Notes: generated by a model from the sequence alone, not told the origin. A DNA stretch of 64,000 nt from an uncultured Phycisphaerales bacterium (GCA_963758525.1 CAVWVQ010000003.1:3936001-4000000); one strand, 5' to 3'. Positions 22,100 to 34,191 are shown, counted from the first letter of the stretch. Program-made: numbers and translations.

Positions 22100-23076
22100 A
22101 TGCGCTATCGGCACTCCTGGCTCGCGTCGTCGCTTCTCTCGATCACAGGTTGCGGCGGCGGCGGACATCTTGCGTTGCACGACGCGCCAGCGACGCCGCC
22201 GGTGAGGGAAGTGACGCCGGCCGATGGCGGTTCCCAAATCATTCGCAGCGGCGCGAGCGTCATCCGCGTGAGCGTCGCTGCTGATCAATTCTCGGCGACA
22301 CGCGCCGAGCTGCTCGATTGGGTCGCGACTGGCGCAAGGGCCGTCAGCAATGTGTACGGAAAGTTCCCGGTGGATCAGGTTCGGATTGAAATCACCGCCG
22401 AGGACGACGGCGATGAAATCCATGGCACCGAGTATGAAGGAAGCCTGATTCGCATGCGGATTGGGAGGCGCACTCCTCCCTCGGCCCTGACCGATGACTG
22501 GACGATGACGCACGAGATGCTGCATCTGGCGTTTCCCAACATGGGCGAAGAGCATCTGTGGATGAACGAAGGATTGTCGGTCTATCTCGAACCGGTCGCG
22601 CGGCGCGCGTCGGGATTGTGTCGGAGAAGCGCTATTGGCGCGAGCTGGTGGAAGGGCTCCAAAACGGCCAGCCGGGACCGGGCGATGGCGGATTGGATCA
22701 GACCCATACGTGGGGCCGCACGTATTGGGGCGGCACCATTTTCTGGTTCCTTGTCGATGCCGAGATTCGCGAGCAGACGCAGGGCCGTAAGTCGATTGAC
22801 GACGTGGTGAAGACCATCCTCGCCGCCGGCGGTGATGGATCGCGCGAATGGCCGATGCAGCGCGTGCTGGAGATGGGAGATCAAGCGACCGGCACCCACG
22901 TCATGCAAGATGTGCACGACCTGCTGGCTCCGAAATCGACCCGCGTCGATTTCGATCCCTGGTGGCAACGGCTCGGCGTGCGATACGCGCAAGGGGATGT
23001 GACATTCGACAACGCCGCTCCGCTCGCGTGGATGCGCAAGGCGATCACCGCGCCCGACGGGCGGGGCGGACCGTAA
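22100..23076 (+). CDS. Lipoprotein gluzincin-type metallopeptidase (M61/M1-like; indel near 22600)
   Basis: Lipobox LSITGC, THEMLH followed by WMNEGL, then RTYWGG in the second frame. Confidence 0.7.
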
Positions 23077-23226
23077 GCCGGACGCTTTGATCGCCGGGGG
23101 CGCAGTCGGTCACAACGTGCCTCTGGCAGCATGCGGTTGCGAAGCAACTTCAAGAACCCGAACGCGCCTACCACGCCGAGTCGGGGTACTCCGCAGGCTC
23201 AGATCGAGTGCCGAATATCTGCCGCG

Positions 23227-25353
23227 TCACGCTTTGGCGGGCGGCGTTCTCCAGAGCTTCGACGTGCTGGCGATAAACGCTTCGGCGCAGAGGAGCATCA
23301 ACAACGCCGCGGCCAGGGGCGACCATCGCGGCTGAGGCTCGTTGTGCGCGCCGGCGTGCGTTTGCAGTTCCTTCACCGAGCGGACGGAGACGACGTTGCT
23401 GGCGGGCTCCATCACCGCTTCGGGGGGCGCGAAGGTGAGATCGGATTCGGTGGCGGGAAGTTGCACGTTGGCGAGGCTGACCGGCGCGTCGCTGGCGGGC
23501 TTGTGCCAGCGATAGACGCCGGGGAGATCGGTGCTGGGAAAAGCGAACCCGGCGCGTCCGTCCGCGAGCTTTGAAATGGGAACGGCATTCTCCGCGCCTT
23601 GCGGATCTGTGATGCGTAACTCGGTGATGCCGTCGAGCGCCTTGGCGGAAAGCGTGATCGGCTGGCCGAGTTCGACGTTGGCGGCGTCGGATCTGCCCGG
23701 CGCCGCAAGTGCCATGCGGACAAGCAACGGCAGGAACAGCGGATGGGTCGGCAGATTGGTGTATTGCGGGTCGGGGAGAGTCGCGAACGTGTAGACGGTT
23801 CCTGCGCCGCTGGTGCGACGGAAGAGCAGGCCGTGGGAGTGCGTGCCGGGCGTGGGATTGGTGGGATAGGCGGTCAGGAGACGAGCAGCCGGACCCTGCG
23901 TTGCCCCGAAAGGGACGATCCGCAGGACGGAAATCGATTCGAGGCCAAAGCTTTTATCGGTAAGCCCGCTGAGCAGCGGCTCCTGCAGATTGGCGATGCC
24001 CAGCGTATGGGGCTCGGCATCGGAAGTTTCCGCGGCGAGGGGCTCTGAAGGAAGCAACTCGCCGAGTTGCGCGCGAAGGGCGACGGGGAGGCCGGGCCAG
24101 GATTGCTCGATGCCGGGGCGGAGAAACCAGACGAGCGTTCCGCCGTTGCGAACGAAGCGCCGCAGCGTATCGACGCGCGCGGCATCGGGCCAGGCGTCGA
24201 GAATCATCACGGCAACGTTGGCGTCCGGCGCGATGTCGGCGCCTTCGCGGCTGATCAGCGGCCATGCCTGTGACTTGCCGGACAAAGGGTCCAGCGCGAG
24301 GCTGACAAATCGGGTGGCGGTTGGCTCCTGCGGATTGGTAATGACGCTGACAATCTGCCTTGGAGGCATCTCGACGAGGCGCTGGCGGGCGTTGTCCCAG
24401 GTCATATCGTCGTCGTCGGAAAATGCGGCGCGCACGAGAAACCAGCGCTGCGTGGGAAGCCGCACGGAAAACCGCAATCGCGCGTGCCCGGCGGCGTCGA
24501 GCGCGGCCATCTGCGTCGGTGTTTCGAGCAGCTTGTTTCCGTCGAATCCGTTCACGGAAACGGAGACGGGCCGGGGCCGATGCGGAGTGCCGTTCACATC
24601 CACAACGACGTCAGCGCCGATGCCCGCGGTGGGCTGTGGCGGATCGAGGGCAACGCGCGTGATGCCGGCCGAGTCGGGAGACGGGGCGTGAAGATCCAGC
24701 AGAATGACGTGCGCTTCGGGGAAAGCGGCGATTTGCCGGGGAAATTCCTTCTTCTGGAAGTCGGAGATGATCACCAGCCACTTGTCGTCGGCGGGCTGCT
24801 TCCTGAGCAGTTCGATCGCGGAACTGACGCGATCGGCCAGCGGCTGAGGATTTGGCTGCGGGCGCAGCGGAGCCCACTGACTCAGCAGATCGGCCGCCGG
24901 CAGCAGTCGCTCCGTCGCGCCGGCGGAAGGCTGGCTGGTCAAAATCGCAACCTTCGCGGACTTTAACTGGCCGCGCAGCAGCTCCTGGGCCATGCCGTCG
25001 GCGCGGGCGAGAAGGGTGATCTGCTGCTCTTTGAGCAGCATCGAATAGCTGGTGTCGATCACGATCGCGGCGTCCAGCGACCTGCCGCCGTCAGTCCACC
25101 CCGAGGCGAGCATTTTTGCCGGCTGCGCCGCAATGAGAATCAACAGCAGCAACGCCAGCGCCCTGCAGGCGAGAAGAGCCCATCGCTGCACGCGCTTCCG
25201 CGCCGCGGTGCGCTGCATGCTTGCCTTGATGAACCGGACGGTGCTGAACAGGATGACCGGCGATTTGCGTCGAAACAACAGGTGCAGAAGCACAGGCAAG
25301 CCGACCAGCGGCAGAAACCAGAGTGCGGAGGCGAAAAGGAAATTGATGGACAT
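23227..25353 (-). CDS. BatA N-terminal/vWA domain protein
   Basis: N-terminal LPVLLHL...FST double TM, vWA MIDAS IDTSYSM, ISDFQ, C-terminal TM. Confidence 0.85.
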   Translation of the reverse strand: MSINFLFASALWFLPLVGLPVLLHLLFRRKSPVILFSTVRFIKASMQRTAARKRVQRWALLACRALALLLLILIAAQPAKMLASGWTDGGRSLDAAIVIDTSYSMLLKEQQITLLARADGMAQELLRGQLKSAKVAILTSQPSAGATERLLPAADLLSQWAPLRPQPNPQPLADRVSSAIELLRKQPADDKWLVIISDFQKKEFPRQIAAFPEAHVILLDLHAPSPDSAGITRVALDPPQPTAGIGADVVVDVNGTPHRPRPVSVSVNGFDGNKLLETPTQMAALDAAGHARLRFSVRLPTQRWFLVRAAFSDDDDMTWDNARQRLVEMPPRQIVSVITNPQEPTATRFVSLALDPLSGKSQAWPLISREGADIAPDANVAVMILDAWPDAARVDTLRRFVRNGGTLVWFLRPGIEQSWPGLPVALRAQLGELLPSEPLAAETSDAEPHTLGIANLQEPLLSGLTDKSFGLESISVLRIVPFGATQGPAARLLTAYPTNPTPGTHSHGLLFRRTSGAGTVYTFATLPDPQYTNLPTHPLFLPLLVRMALAAPGRSDAANVELGQPITLSAKALDGITELRITDPQGAENAVPISKLADGRAGFAFPSTDLPGVYRWHKPASDAPVSLANVQLPATESDLTFAPPEAVMEPASNVVSVRSVKELQTHAGAHNEPQPRWSPLAAALLMLLCAEAFIASTSKLWRTPPAKA

Positions 25354-25573
25354 GGCGTGAGAAGTCGGGAGTCAGGAGTCAGGAGTCGGGCGTCACGGAG
25401 TCGGGCGTCGGGAGTCGGGAGCAAGGAGTCAGAAAAGGCGAGCCGATGCGGAGGGTCGCACCCTCTTGCTCCTGGTCGCCGCGAGTAAACCGTCATTCTT
25501 AAATCTCTGATCTCAAATTTGAAAACATCTCGCTTCCATATCCTTTGCTTCTGACTTCTTGCTCCTGACTCCT

Positions 25574-26449
25574 CTAGCTCCGCCGGCTCAGCAGCCGGAC
25601 CAGCGCCTTGTCGTACGGCTCATCGACATACATATCGTAATACTCCACATCGCTGTCGTTGCACGCCTTGCGAACGGCCGCGAGAGAGGCTTGCACCTGC
25701 TCGCGGTAGGCGTCGCGCATCTCAGAGGGATCGGCCTGGAGCTTTTCGCCGGTTTCCAGATCCTCAAAGGTCAGCTTCCGATCGTACGGCAGATCGATCT
25801 CATTGCGATCGAGCAGGTGCAGGACAATTCCCTGATGCTTGCGGTAACGCAGGTGCTGCAACGCGCGCGCGAGTTCCTCGGGCTCGAGCCAGAGGTCGCT
25901 CAGCAGGATCACCAGACTTCTGCGCGGCAGACGTTCGCTGAGCGAATGCAGTTGACGCGGAAGATCGGTCCGCAGGCCGGCCTGCAGCGATTCGAGATGG
26001 CGGAAGAAAACGTCGAGATGTGCCGGCGACGATCCGGGCGGCAGTTCGACGCGGACCTGGTCGTCAATGGCCACGAGCCCGGCGAGATCCTGCTGGTGCG
26101 CGAGCACATACGCGAGGCACGCGGCAAGATGGCGGGCGTAGTCGAACTTGTTTCCGAAGGTCATGGACGCGCTGGTGTCCAGCACCAGCGTTGCGCGGAG
26201 ATTGGTCTCCTGCTCGTAGAGTTTGATGTAGTAGCGATCGCTGCGGGCGCAGGCTTTCCAATCGAGATGGCGCAGCTCGTCGCCGGGCACATAGTCGCGA
26301 TGCTCGGAAAACTCGACGCTGAAGCCGCGATGCGGGCTTTTGTGCAAGCCGGTCAGCACGCCTTCCACCACCTGACGGGCGGTGACCTGCAATTTGGCGA
26401 CTTTGGCGCCGTCGGCGGGAGAGAAGAATCGATATCGCGGAATCGGCAT
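25574..26449 (-). CDS. DUF58 domain protein (MoxR-associated vWA-like)
   Basis: GLHKSPHRGFSVEFSEHRDYVPGDELRHLDWK, LDTSASM. Confidence 0.92.
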   Translation of the reverse strand: MPIPRYRFFSPADGAKVAKLQVTARQVVEGVLTGLHKSPHRGFSVEFSEHRDYVPGDELRHLDWKACARSDRYYIKLYEQETNLRATLVLDTSASMTFGNKFDYARHLAACLAYVLAHQQDLAGLVAIDDQVRVELPPGSSPAHLDVFFRHLESLQAGLRTDLPRQLHSLSERLPRRSLVILLSDLWLEPEELARALQHLRYRKHQGIVLHLLDRNEIDLPYDRKLTFEDLETGEKLQADPSEMRDAYREQVQASLAAVRKACNDSDVEYYDMYVDEPYDKALVRLLSRRS

Positions 26450-26617
26450 CGGCGCAGAACATATCCAAGCGCGGGTGAAGCTGAAAGGAGGACGTGCGCA
26501 GAGACGTCATGCACCCGCACGCCCTCCGCCGGTAGCCACCGAGCGCGAAGCGACGTACATTTGCGCCCGGAGACGAGTGGTTTTGCTTACACGGCCGAAG
26601 GGCTGGAGGATCATCTC

Positions 26618-27907
26618 TTGAAGATCACCAAAACGTTCGCGGGAATTGTTCTGTCCTTGCTGACGACCAACATGTCCGTCGCTGCTGATTCGCAGACAGC
26701 GCCGGCGAGCCAGAAGCTTACCGACGGCGCCTACGTCGCGATCGTCGGAGACTCCATCACCGAGCAAAAGCAGTATTCGGTGTTCATGGAGGATTATCTG
26801 CTGATGTGCCAGCCGGCCCGAAATCTGCATGCGACGCAATTTGGATGGAGCGGCGAGGTGAGCTGGGGATTCGAGCACCGCATGGAGAACGACATGCTGC
26901 GATTTCATTGCACCGCCGCCACCACCTGCTTCGGAATGAATGACGGCGGCTATGCCCCGGAGACGCCCGAGAAAGAAAAGCAATATCACGATGCACAGAC
27001 ATCCGTCGTCGAGCAGATGAAAAAGGGGGGCGTGCAATTCATCGTCGTCGGCTCCCCCGGCTGCGTCGACACCGACTCGTTCCGCCATGATCCCGCGCTG
27101 GCGGTGATGTACAACAAAACGCTGTCGGTCGAACGCGACATCGCCAAAAAGGTCGCCGAGGAACAAGGCGTGGCGTTCGCCGACGTCTTCGATCCGATGG
27201 TGGATGTGATGGAGAAGGCCAAGGCAAAATACGGCCACGGCTACGATCTGGCGGGTCCGGACGGCGTGCATCCGCAAGCCAACGGCCATCTCGTGATGGC
27301 GTATGCGTTCCTCAAGGGGCTGGGGTGCACCGGCGACATCGGGACGATCACCGTCGATCTGTCTGCCAGCAAAGCCACAGCGACCGACGGCCACACGATC
27401 AAGTCATTCAAAGACGGCGCCGTCGAAGTCGAAAGCAGCCGGTATCCATTCTGCTTTTACGGCGATGCTCCCACGAGCCCGACCTCCACGCGCGGCGTGC
27501 TGGAGTTCTTCCCCTTCAACGCTGATTTAAATCGCTTCATGCTGGTGGTCACCAATGTCCCCGCCGGCAAGCAGTTGAAGGTGACGTGGGGCAAAGACAG
27601 CAAGACCTACTCGGCTGACGAGCTTTCCAAGGGAATCAACCTCGCGGCGGAATTCCTCGACAATCCGTTCAGCGAGCCCTTTCGCGCCGTCGATCAGGCG
27701 GTGCGCCGCCAGCAAGTATTCGAGACGCCGCTGGTGAAGCAATTAATTCACGACCTGCCGGCATACAAGGAATTTGTCCCGGAGGAGAACGCCGCGCTCG
27801 ATCGGATCGCCGTCGCGCTGCTCAAGAAAGACCAGTCGCTCATCGAGGCGTCCAGCGCCGCGGTCAAGCCGGTAATCCATTCGATCAAGATCGAAGCGGT
27901 GCCGTGA
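26618..27907 (+). CDS. Secreted SGNH/GDSL hydrolase
   Basis: GGAGG RBS with TTG start, signal peptide, GDSIT, GWSG, FGMND, DGVHP. Confidence 0.88.
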   Translation: MKITKTFAGIVLSLLTTNMSVAADSQTAPASQKLTDGAYVAIVGDSITEQKQYSVFMEDYLLMCQPARNLHATQFGWSGEVSWGFEHRMENDMLRFHCTAATTCFGMNDGGYAPETPEKEKQYHDAQTSVVEQMKKGGVQFIVVGSPGCVDTDSFRHDPALAVMYNKTLSVERDIAKKVAEEQGVAFADVFDPMVDVMEKAKAKYGHGYDLAGPDGVHPQANGHLVMAYAFLKGLGCTGDIGTITVDLSASKATATDGHTIKSFKDGAVEVESSRYPFCFYGDAPTSPTSTRGVLEFFPFNADLNRFMLVVTNVPAGKQLKVTWGKDSKTYSADELSKGINLAAEFLDNPFSEPFRAVDQAVRRQQVFETPLVKQLIHDLPAYKEFVPEENAALDRIAVALLKKDQSLIEASSAAVKPVIHSIKIEAVP

Positions 27908-27977
27908 TTGACTTCTGAGTTGGGGGAATTCATCCGGACGCTTTTTTTTGGCCGCTCCGAAACTCGCGCACGCCGAC

Positions 27978-28008
27978 TCAAATCGCGGCGGGATGAATCC
28001 CGCCCTAC
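27978..28008 (-). repeat. GTAG-type REP copy (same family as 57747-57815)
   Basis: Reverse complement reads GTAGGGCGGGATTCATCCCGCCGCGATTTGA. Confidence 0.7.
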
Positions 28009-28025
28009 GACAGTTCGGGTCGCCG

Positions 28026-30610
28026 TTACGGCTTGAAGTCAGCATGCGCCGCGTTGCCCGCGGACTCGAGATAGGCGATCAGGTCCAGAATCTCATCCTG
28101 CTTAAAGTTATTCATCAGGCCCTCCGGCATCGGCGAGGTTTTGCTCAGCTTGCGCACGCTGACATCGGCCTTCTTCACGGTCACCAGATCCGGCTTCAGC
28201 GGGTTGGGCCGCAGGACAATCTCCGTATCCGATTCCTGAATGACGCGACCCGAGACGACGTCGCCGTTCTTCAGGCGGACGATGGTGTCCGCATATTGCT
28301 CGGAGATCACCTTCGAAGGGAGGATGATCGATTCCAGAATGTCGCGTCGGGCGAAGCGGCTCGAAACCGCCGTCAGATCGGGACCGATCGCGCCGCCGTC
28401 GTTCCCGAAGCGGTGGCACGCGCTGCACTGGGCTTCTTCGAAGATCTTCTTGCCTCGCTCGAAATTGCGGCCATGGCCCACTTCAGCCAGAACCGGCTCC
28501 AGATCTTCCACCTTCCATTCCTGGACAAATTTTCGCGGTCTGGCCTTGTGCGCCTTGGGCGTCGCCGGCTTGAAGGCGTCGAGCAACCCCGCCACCGACG
28601 TCTTCTCCGCCGGCGACAACGTTTTCACCGCGTCTTCGTGAATGTGAGTGATGAAGTTGTCGTAGCTCGCGCCGTTGGAGTACGGACGTCCGGCGTCAGC
28701 AAACCACTTCAACACCTCGTCGGGGTGGCGGCCCATCGCGGGTTTATTGATGAACCAGCTGAAATACTGCTGTCGCAGTTGCGGCGTCCATCCCACGGTG
28801 GCCGTGCGGAGGTAGAGGGCGTAACCAACCTGCTGTTCCTGGTATGTCGCCTCGGTGAGCAGTTTTACCGTCTTGGCGACCGCGTCGGGGGCGCGCAGGG
28901 CAAGCAGCACCTGGCACAATTCGCAGTTCAGTTCATCGGAGTGCGCGGGATACAGCGGGTCGAGTTCCGCAATGAGCCGGGTTGCTTCCTCCGTCGCGGG
29001 GATTCCATGACGGCTGATGGAAACTTCCAGAACGCGCAGCTTGTCGAGTTGTTGCCCCTCGTCGAGAGACGAGAGGGAGAAGCGGTCGATCGCGGTCAAC
29101 AGTTTCGGCTGATCGTCGTCGGTCCCAAGCCGCGCCACGGAGAGCATCGCCGTCAGGGCCGCCTGGCTGTTGGTCTCCGCCAATGCGTGGGACTTCCATT
29201 GCTCAATCGGCTGACTTTCAATCGCGATCCGCGCCGCGTAGCGGATGAACCGGTCATCGCTTCCCAGTTGCGGCCAGGCAGTTTCGACCGCCTTGGGGTC
29301 CGCGTGGCCGTGAAACGTTTCCAACTGATGGCGCAGCGCCGCGCCTCAGCGCCATCGGCATCGTGCAGGTCGGCCGGCGCGGTGGAGTCGGTGCCGCTGT
29401 AGGTGACGCGAAAGAGTTGCGCCTGGGTGCTACGTCCGCCGGTGGTGAAATAGAGCGCACCGTCGTCGCCGATCACCACGTCGGTGACGTTGTTGGGCTG
29501 CTTCGGGCCGTCGCCGTGCAGGCCCTTGGGCGCGATGAAGTTCTCGAAGGTTGCCTCGTAGGTGGCGCCCTTGGGCTTCAGATGGGCCGCGATAATTCGC
29601 CCATACACCCAGTCCAGAGCAAAGAACGCCTTCTGGTACTTCGCGGGAAACTTCGCGCCGGTTCCAAAGATCACTCCCGTCGGGGACCCGATCCCGATGT
29701 TCACGACGGCCGGGAGACTGTCAGCGTAATATTGCGGCCATTTGGCGCTTCCTTCACGAAAGCCCTGATCCGCGCCGCTGGGAGCGTGGAAGATGCGGAT
29801 GGGCCGATACCAGGGAGTTCCCCAGTCATATTCCATGTCGCTGTCGAAGCCGAACAACTCGCCGTCGGGGTTGAACGCCAGGTCGTAGGTGTTGCGTTCG
29901 CCGGCCGCGTAGAGCTCGGCGTTTTTGCCGTCGGGGTCCATCCGCGTGATGAACCCGCCCGGTGGTTTTTTCCCCGCGCCAAATCCGTTCCCGTCCTCGG
30001 TGCGGGGAAGGCATCGGTCATCCTGATAATTGGCAACGGGCGAAGTAGCCGCGCGGTCCTCCGGAATCTGGGCGAAGTTGCCGCAGATCGTGTAAATTTT
30101 GTTGTCGGGCCCCGCGACGATCCCATGCGCGCCATGCTCCCCGCTGCCGCCCGGCCACGATCGGATCATTTCGACACTATCGAACTGATCGTCCCCCTTC
30201 GTATCCCGGCAGCGAAACAAGCCAAACTTCCCGTCTTTGCTGCCATCGATATACAAGCTGTCAAACGCGTAAACCATCCCCATCGCCTCGCTGACCGGCA
30301 GCTTGAGCGTCTCCTGCTGAACGACCGTTCCGTCCCGCAGCGTCAGGCGGAGGATCGACTGATTTCGCTGTCCTCCAAGCAACAGGCGTCCCTTGTTGTC
30401 CTTGGCCAGCGAGATGAACGAAATCTTCGCCGCGCGATCGGGAGCCAGCACCAGATCGACCTTGAAGCCCGGCAGAGTCGCCAGCCCGGCCGCCCCATCC
30501 GGCGCCGCGGAAGCTGAGCGTAAACCGATCGGCATAAAAACCATCGCGAGACAGATGCAAGCGATACCCGAATGTGACGCACGGCGTTTCAACGACGGTT
30601 CTCGATGCAC
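28026..30610 (-). CDS. PVC-type membrane-bound dehydrogenase-like beta-propeller/HEAT/c-type heme protein (indel near 29340)
   Basis: CAGGAG RBS, PGFKVDL, EHGAHG, FDSDMEYD propeller motifs; C-terminal CSACH...GPDLT...SPMPEGL. Confidence 0.85.
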
Positions 30611-31143
30611 GCAGCAACTCCTGAAAGAAACCGATGGGGCAAGGCAGGAACTTTAAGACACTCCACAGCGATATACCACCGGCGCGTACTGCGGTTGACC
30701 GTGCGGGCGTGCCCGTTTTTCCGGGAGCATATCGCTTTGGGTGCTGCGATTAATTCCCTCTCCCCTGGCACTCCAGGCGAGGGCTGGGTGGGATTTTGCG
30801 GATTTCTGCTGCGTCCCCGAAGTGACGGGAGCTGCTTTCCTGCCTCTTCCTCGTACCCGGGCGAGCAGCAAAGCGCGGCAACGGGAGTCCGAGAGCGCGC
30901 GGCGGACGTTGAGCTCGCCGAACGCGTGCTTCCGATCCAGGTTATCGGTCGCGCAAACCCACCTGCGCGTCCGCCCCGCTTTGCAATGGATTGATCTAAA
31001 GCCTAACCGAGCGCTGGAATAAACCCGCCTTACCGCACCGCCCGCCTAAACCGCACAACCCTCCCGGCCGATCACACCAATAGGTGGATACCCCCAAGAC
31101 CGGCGGCGTCCGGTTCGTTGCTTCCTCGAAGGAGACGTGCAAA

Positions 31144-34100
31144 TTGAAACGAACGAGCGATCATCACATAGCCGTAATCATCGAAGCACTTGAGTGCCGC
31201 GCGCTGCTCAGCGCCGCTTTTGCATCGACCAGCCTGGATACGACCGCGAAGGCGAGCGCCCAGCATCTCGTGGCCAGCGTAAATGCCTCGGCCGCTCATT
31301 CGCATGTCAAGATCGGGCAGGTTGCCACGCCGATTTCCCAGGCGGCCCCAGGGCTGACCGGAACCTACTATCAGGGAAAAAATTTCCAAACCCAGGTCGC
31401 CCTGCGGACTGACAGCAACGTCGACTTTAATTGGCGAAAAGCATTGCCCCTGTCGCTGAACGGGCCGTTTTCCGCCCACTGGACGGGGCAAATCGTCCCG
31501 CTGTATTCCCAGAAATACAGTTTCACCATTCGTGCCTACTACGGTGTTCGTTTGTGGATCGGCGACCAACTGATCATCAACGACTGGGGCCACATCGGCC
31601 CACGCGTCCGGACGGGTAAGGTGATGCTGCAGGCCGGGCAGAGCTACGACGTCAAACTCGAGTACGACGACACCTCGCGCCGCCATGCGTTCGTGAGATG
31701 GATCTGGTCCAGCGCAAGTCAGAAGAGGCAGATCGTTCCCGCAAATGTGTTGGAGACTTCAGTGCCGGGAGTCGGTTCCAGCCCGGGCGGCGACTCGGGA
31801 GGTTCCACGGGAACCGGGCCGACTGTCGGCTCCGGCAACGGCGATGGCTCAGGAGGTTCCACGGGAACCGGCCCGACCGTTGGCTCCGGCAACGGCGGTG
31901 GCTCGGGAGGTTCCACTGGAACCGGCCAAACCGGCGGCACTGGTCCATCCGCGCCGACGGCGACTTTCGGCGTCAGCGATAGCAGCCCCACTCTCGCCTG
32001 GTTCGACGTCGTCTACCAGGACAGCGTCCCGCTCCAGGCAAGCACCATCAACTCCTCGGACGTGACGGTCACCGGGCCCAATGGACAGATACTGCCCGTC
32101 AGTACCGCCGATGCTCCCACTGACGACGGCACGTCATTCCAGGTCGTCTATTCGGTCACGCCGCCTGCCGGCACGTGGGCTCCGACCGACAATGGCACGT
32201 ACACGGTAGCGCTCAACGCCGCCGTCACCGATGAAAATAACAACACGGCCCAGCCTCAAACGGCTCTGGGCACGTTCGACATCAGCGTTCCCGGTCTGGC
32301 AGCCACTTTCGGTTCCCCCGTGTTCACTCCGAACTCAATCGAATTGCCGGTCACCTATACCGACACCGTTCCGATCGCGGCAAGCAGCATCAATGCATCG
32401 AATGTGACGATCACCGGTCCCGAGGGCCAGGTGATTCCGGCCGCCACCGTAAACGGGGCGCCTTCGCAGGACGGAACATCTGTCGCTGTCACGTATGTGA
32501 TCGACGCGCCGCACGGCACGTTGAGCAGCAACGATAATGGAACGTACATCGTTGCCATCAATCCGACGGTGACCGACGAAGACAACATCCCTATCGCGGC
32601 ACAGCAGAATCTCGGCTCCTTCACTGTCGACATCCCCGGCGTAAAGGCGGTGTTCGGCCAGACTCTTTCAACTTCATCGCACGCCTTGTTTGATGTCGAT
32701 TACACCGACAGCGCGGCGATCAACGCCGATACCATCAGCCCGTCGGATCTCACGGTCATCGGGCCAAATGGTCAATTGCTCCCCGCGTCCGTCGTTAACA
32801 TGCCGGCGCAGAACGGCACCTCGTACAGCATTATCTATTCCGTCGACGCGCCCAACGGCGCATGGTCGGCTGCCGACGACGGCGCGTACACCGTCGACCT
32901 CACCTCCGCGGTCACCGACGCCAACGGCGACACTTCCGCCGCGACATCCGCCTTCGGCAGCTTTGCCATCACCGCCAGTCCGACCGTGCAGTTCGGCGCG
33001 CCAAGCGAGACGGTTGACGAATCAGCCGGCACTTTCAGCATCAGCGTCACGCAAAGCGCAATCTCAGCGACTGACACGACCATTCCGTTCACTCTGGGCG
33101 GGACCGCCGTGTCGGGCACCGACTACAGCGGCGTCACCAGCTCGCCATTGGTGATCCCAGCCGGTCAAGCGTCGGGCACCATTACCGGCTCGTTGCTCAG
33201 CGATCCGGGAAATTCCGGGACGCTGACGCTTTCCCTCGGCACGCCCACAAACGCGACGCTGGGAGCGACGAGCGCAACTACGTTGAGCATCAGCCAGCCA
33301 CCGGCAGCAAAGTCAGCGACGACCACGACGCTCACCAAGAGCACGACTACCGTGGCGGGTTTCGGGCAAAGCATCACATTTACCGCAACGGTCGCACCCG
33401 CAGCCGGGGCCGGGGCCGGCCCCACCGGCACGGTGATATTCGAAGAAAACGGTGCTGTGCTCGGCACCGGCGCCCTCAGCGGCGGTGTCGCGACATTCAC
33501 CACCGATTCGCTCCCCGCCAACATCTATTCAATTAAGGCATTCTACGGCGGAGACACGCACTTCAATGCCAGCACATCCCATTCATTGAGACAGACGGTC
33601 AACCTCGTCACTGGGACCAAGAGTACGACCACGATCGCCCCGTACGGGCAAACCATCACTTTCACCGCGACGATATTGGCAAGCCAAGGCACTCCCACCG
33701 GCACCATTACTTTCATGGACAGCGGTGCCGTACTGGGCACGGGCACTCTCAGCGGAGGGGTCGCCACGTTCAGCACCAATTCCCTGGGCGTCGGCGTGCA
33801 TTGGATTCAAGCCTCCTACGGCGGCGACGCGCACTTCAACACCGGCACGTCAGTTTCCTTGAGGCAGACGATACGACAAGCGCAGACAACAACCGCGCTG
33901 ACCAAGAGCACGACCGGCACCGCCGCTTTCGGGCAGAGCGTCACCTTTACCGCCACGGTAGCCACTGTCGCCACAGGCGCCCTCGCACCCAGCGGCACGG
34001 TTACTTTCATGGACAACGGCAGCGTGTTGGGGACAGGCAGTCTTGCCGGAGGAATCGCCACATTCAGCAGCAGTTCGCTGCCCGTCGGCGTCAACTCGAT

Positions 34101-34191
34101 CAAGGCCGTCTACGGCGGTGACGCCACCTTCAACACCAGCACGTCCCATCCTTTGCGACAGACGGTCAAATCGCCGCCACACTCGGTTTGA
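31144..34191 (+). CDS. Large extracellular protein: LExRxLLS motif, PA14 domain, three ~110-aa repeats, Calx-beta-like and three Ig-like (Big_3) domains
   Basis: EALECRALLS; GLTGTYY...FSAHWTGQI...GVRLWI; repeated TVTGPNGQ..DNGTY; repeated GQSITFTATV...YGGD.HF. Confidence 0.85.
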   Translation: MKRTSDHHIAVIIEALECRALLSAAFASTSLDTTAKASAQHLVASVNASAAHSHVKIGQVATPISQAAPGLTGTYYQGKNFQTQVALRTDSNVDFNWRKALPLSLNGPFSAHWTGQIVPLYSQKYSFTIRAYYGVRLWIGDQLIINDWGHIGPRVRTGKVMLQAGQSYDVKLEYDDTSRRHAFVRWIWSSASQKRQIVPANVLETSVPGVGSSPGGDSGGSTGTGPTVGSGNGDGSGGSTGTGPTVGSGNGGGSGGSTGTGQTGGTGPSAPTATFGVSDSSPTLAWFDVVYQDSVPLQASTINSSDVTVTGPNGQILPVSTADAPTDDGTSFQVVYSVTPPAGTWAPTDNGTYTVALNAAVTDENNNTAQPQTALGTFDISVPGLAATFGSPVFTPNSIELPVTYTDTVPIAASSINASNVTITGPEGQVIPAATVNGAPSQDGTSVAVTYVIDAPHGTLSSNDNGTYIVAINPTVTDEDNIPIAAQQNLGSFTVDIPGVKAVFGQTLSTSSHALFDVDYTDSAAINADTISPSDLTVIGPNGQLLPASVVNMPAQNGTSYSIIYSVDAPNGAWSAADDGAYTVDLTSAVTDANGDTSAATSAFGSFAITASPTVQFGAPSETVDESAGTFSISVTQSAISATDTTIPFTLGGTAVSGTDYSGVTSSPLVIPAGQASGTITGSLLSDPGNSGTLTLSLGTPTNATLGATSATTLSISQPPAAKSATTTTLTKSTTTVAGFGQSITFTATVAPAAGAGAGPTGTVIFEENGAVLGTGALSGGVATFTTDSLPANIYSIKAFYGGDTHFNASTSHSLRQTVNLVTGTKSTTTIAPYGQTITFTATILASQGTPTGTITFMDSGAVLGTGTLSGGVATFSTNSLGVGVHWIQASYGGDAHFNTGTSVSLRQTIRQAQTTTALTKSTTGTAAFGQSVTFTATVATVATGALAPSGTVTFMDNGSVLGTGSLAGGIATFSSSSLPVGVNSIKAVYGGDATFNTSTSHPLRQTVKSPPHSV

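Noticed and set aside
25559..26617. N-terminal 350 aa of the 782-aa ORF as part of the SGNH hydrolase
   Set aside because: It is the antisense shadow of the DUF58 gene; an RBS, TTG start and signal peptide begin at 26618.
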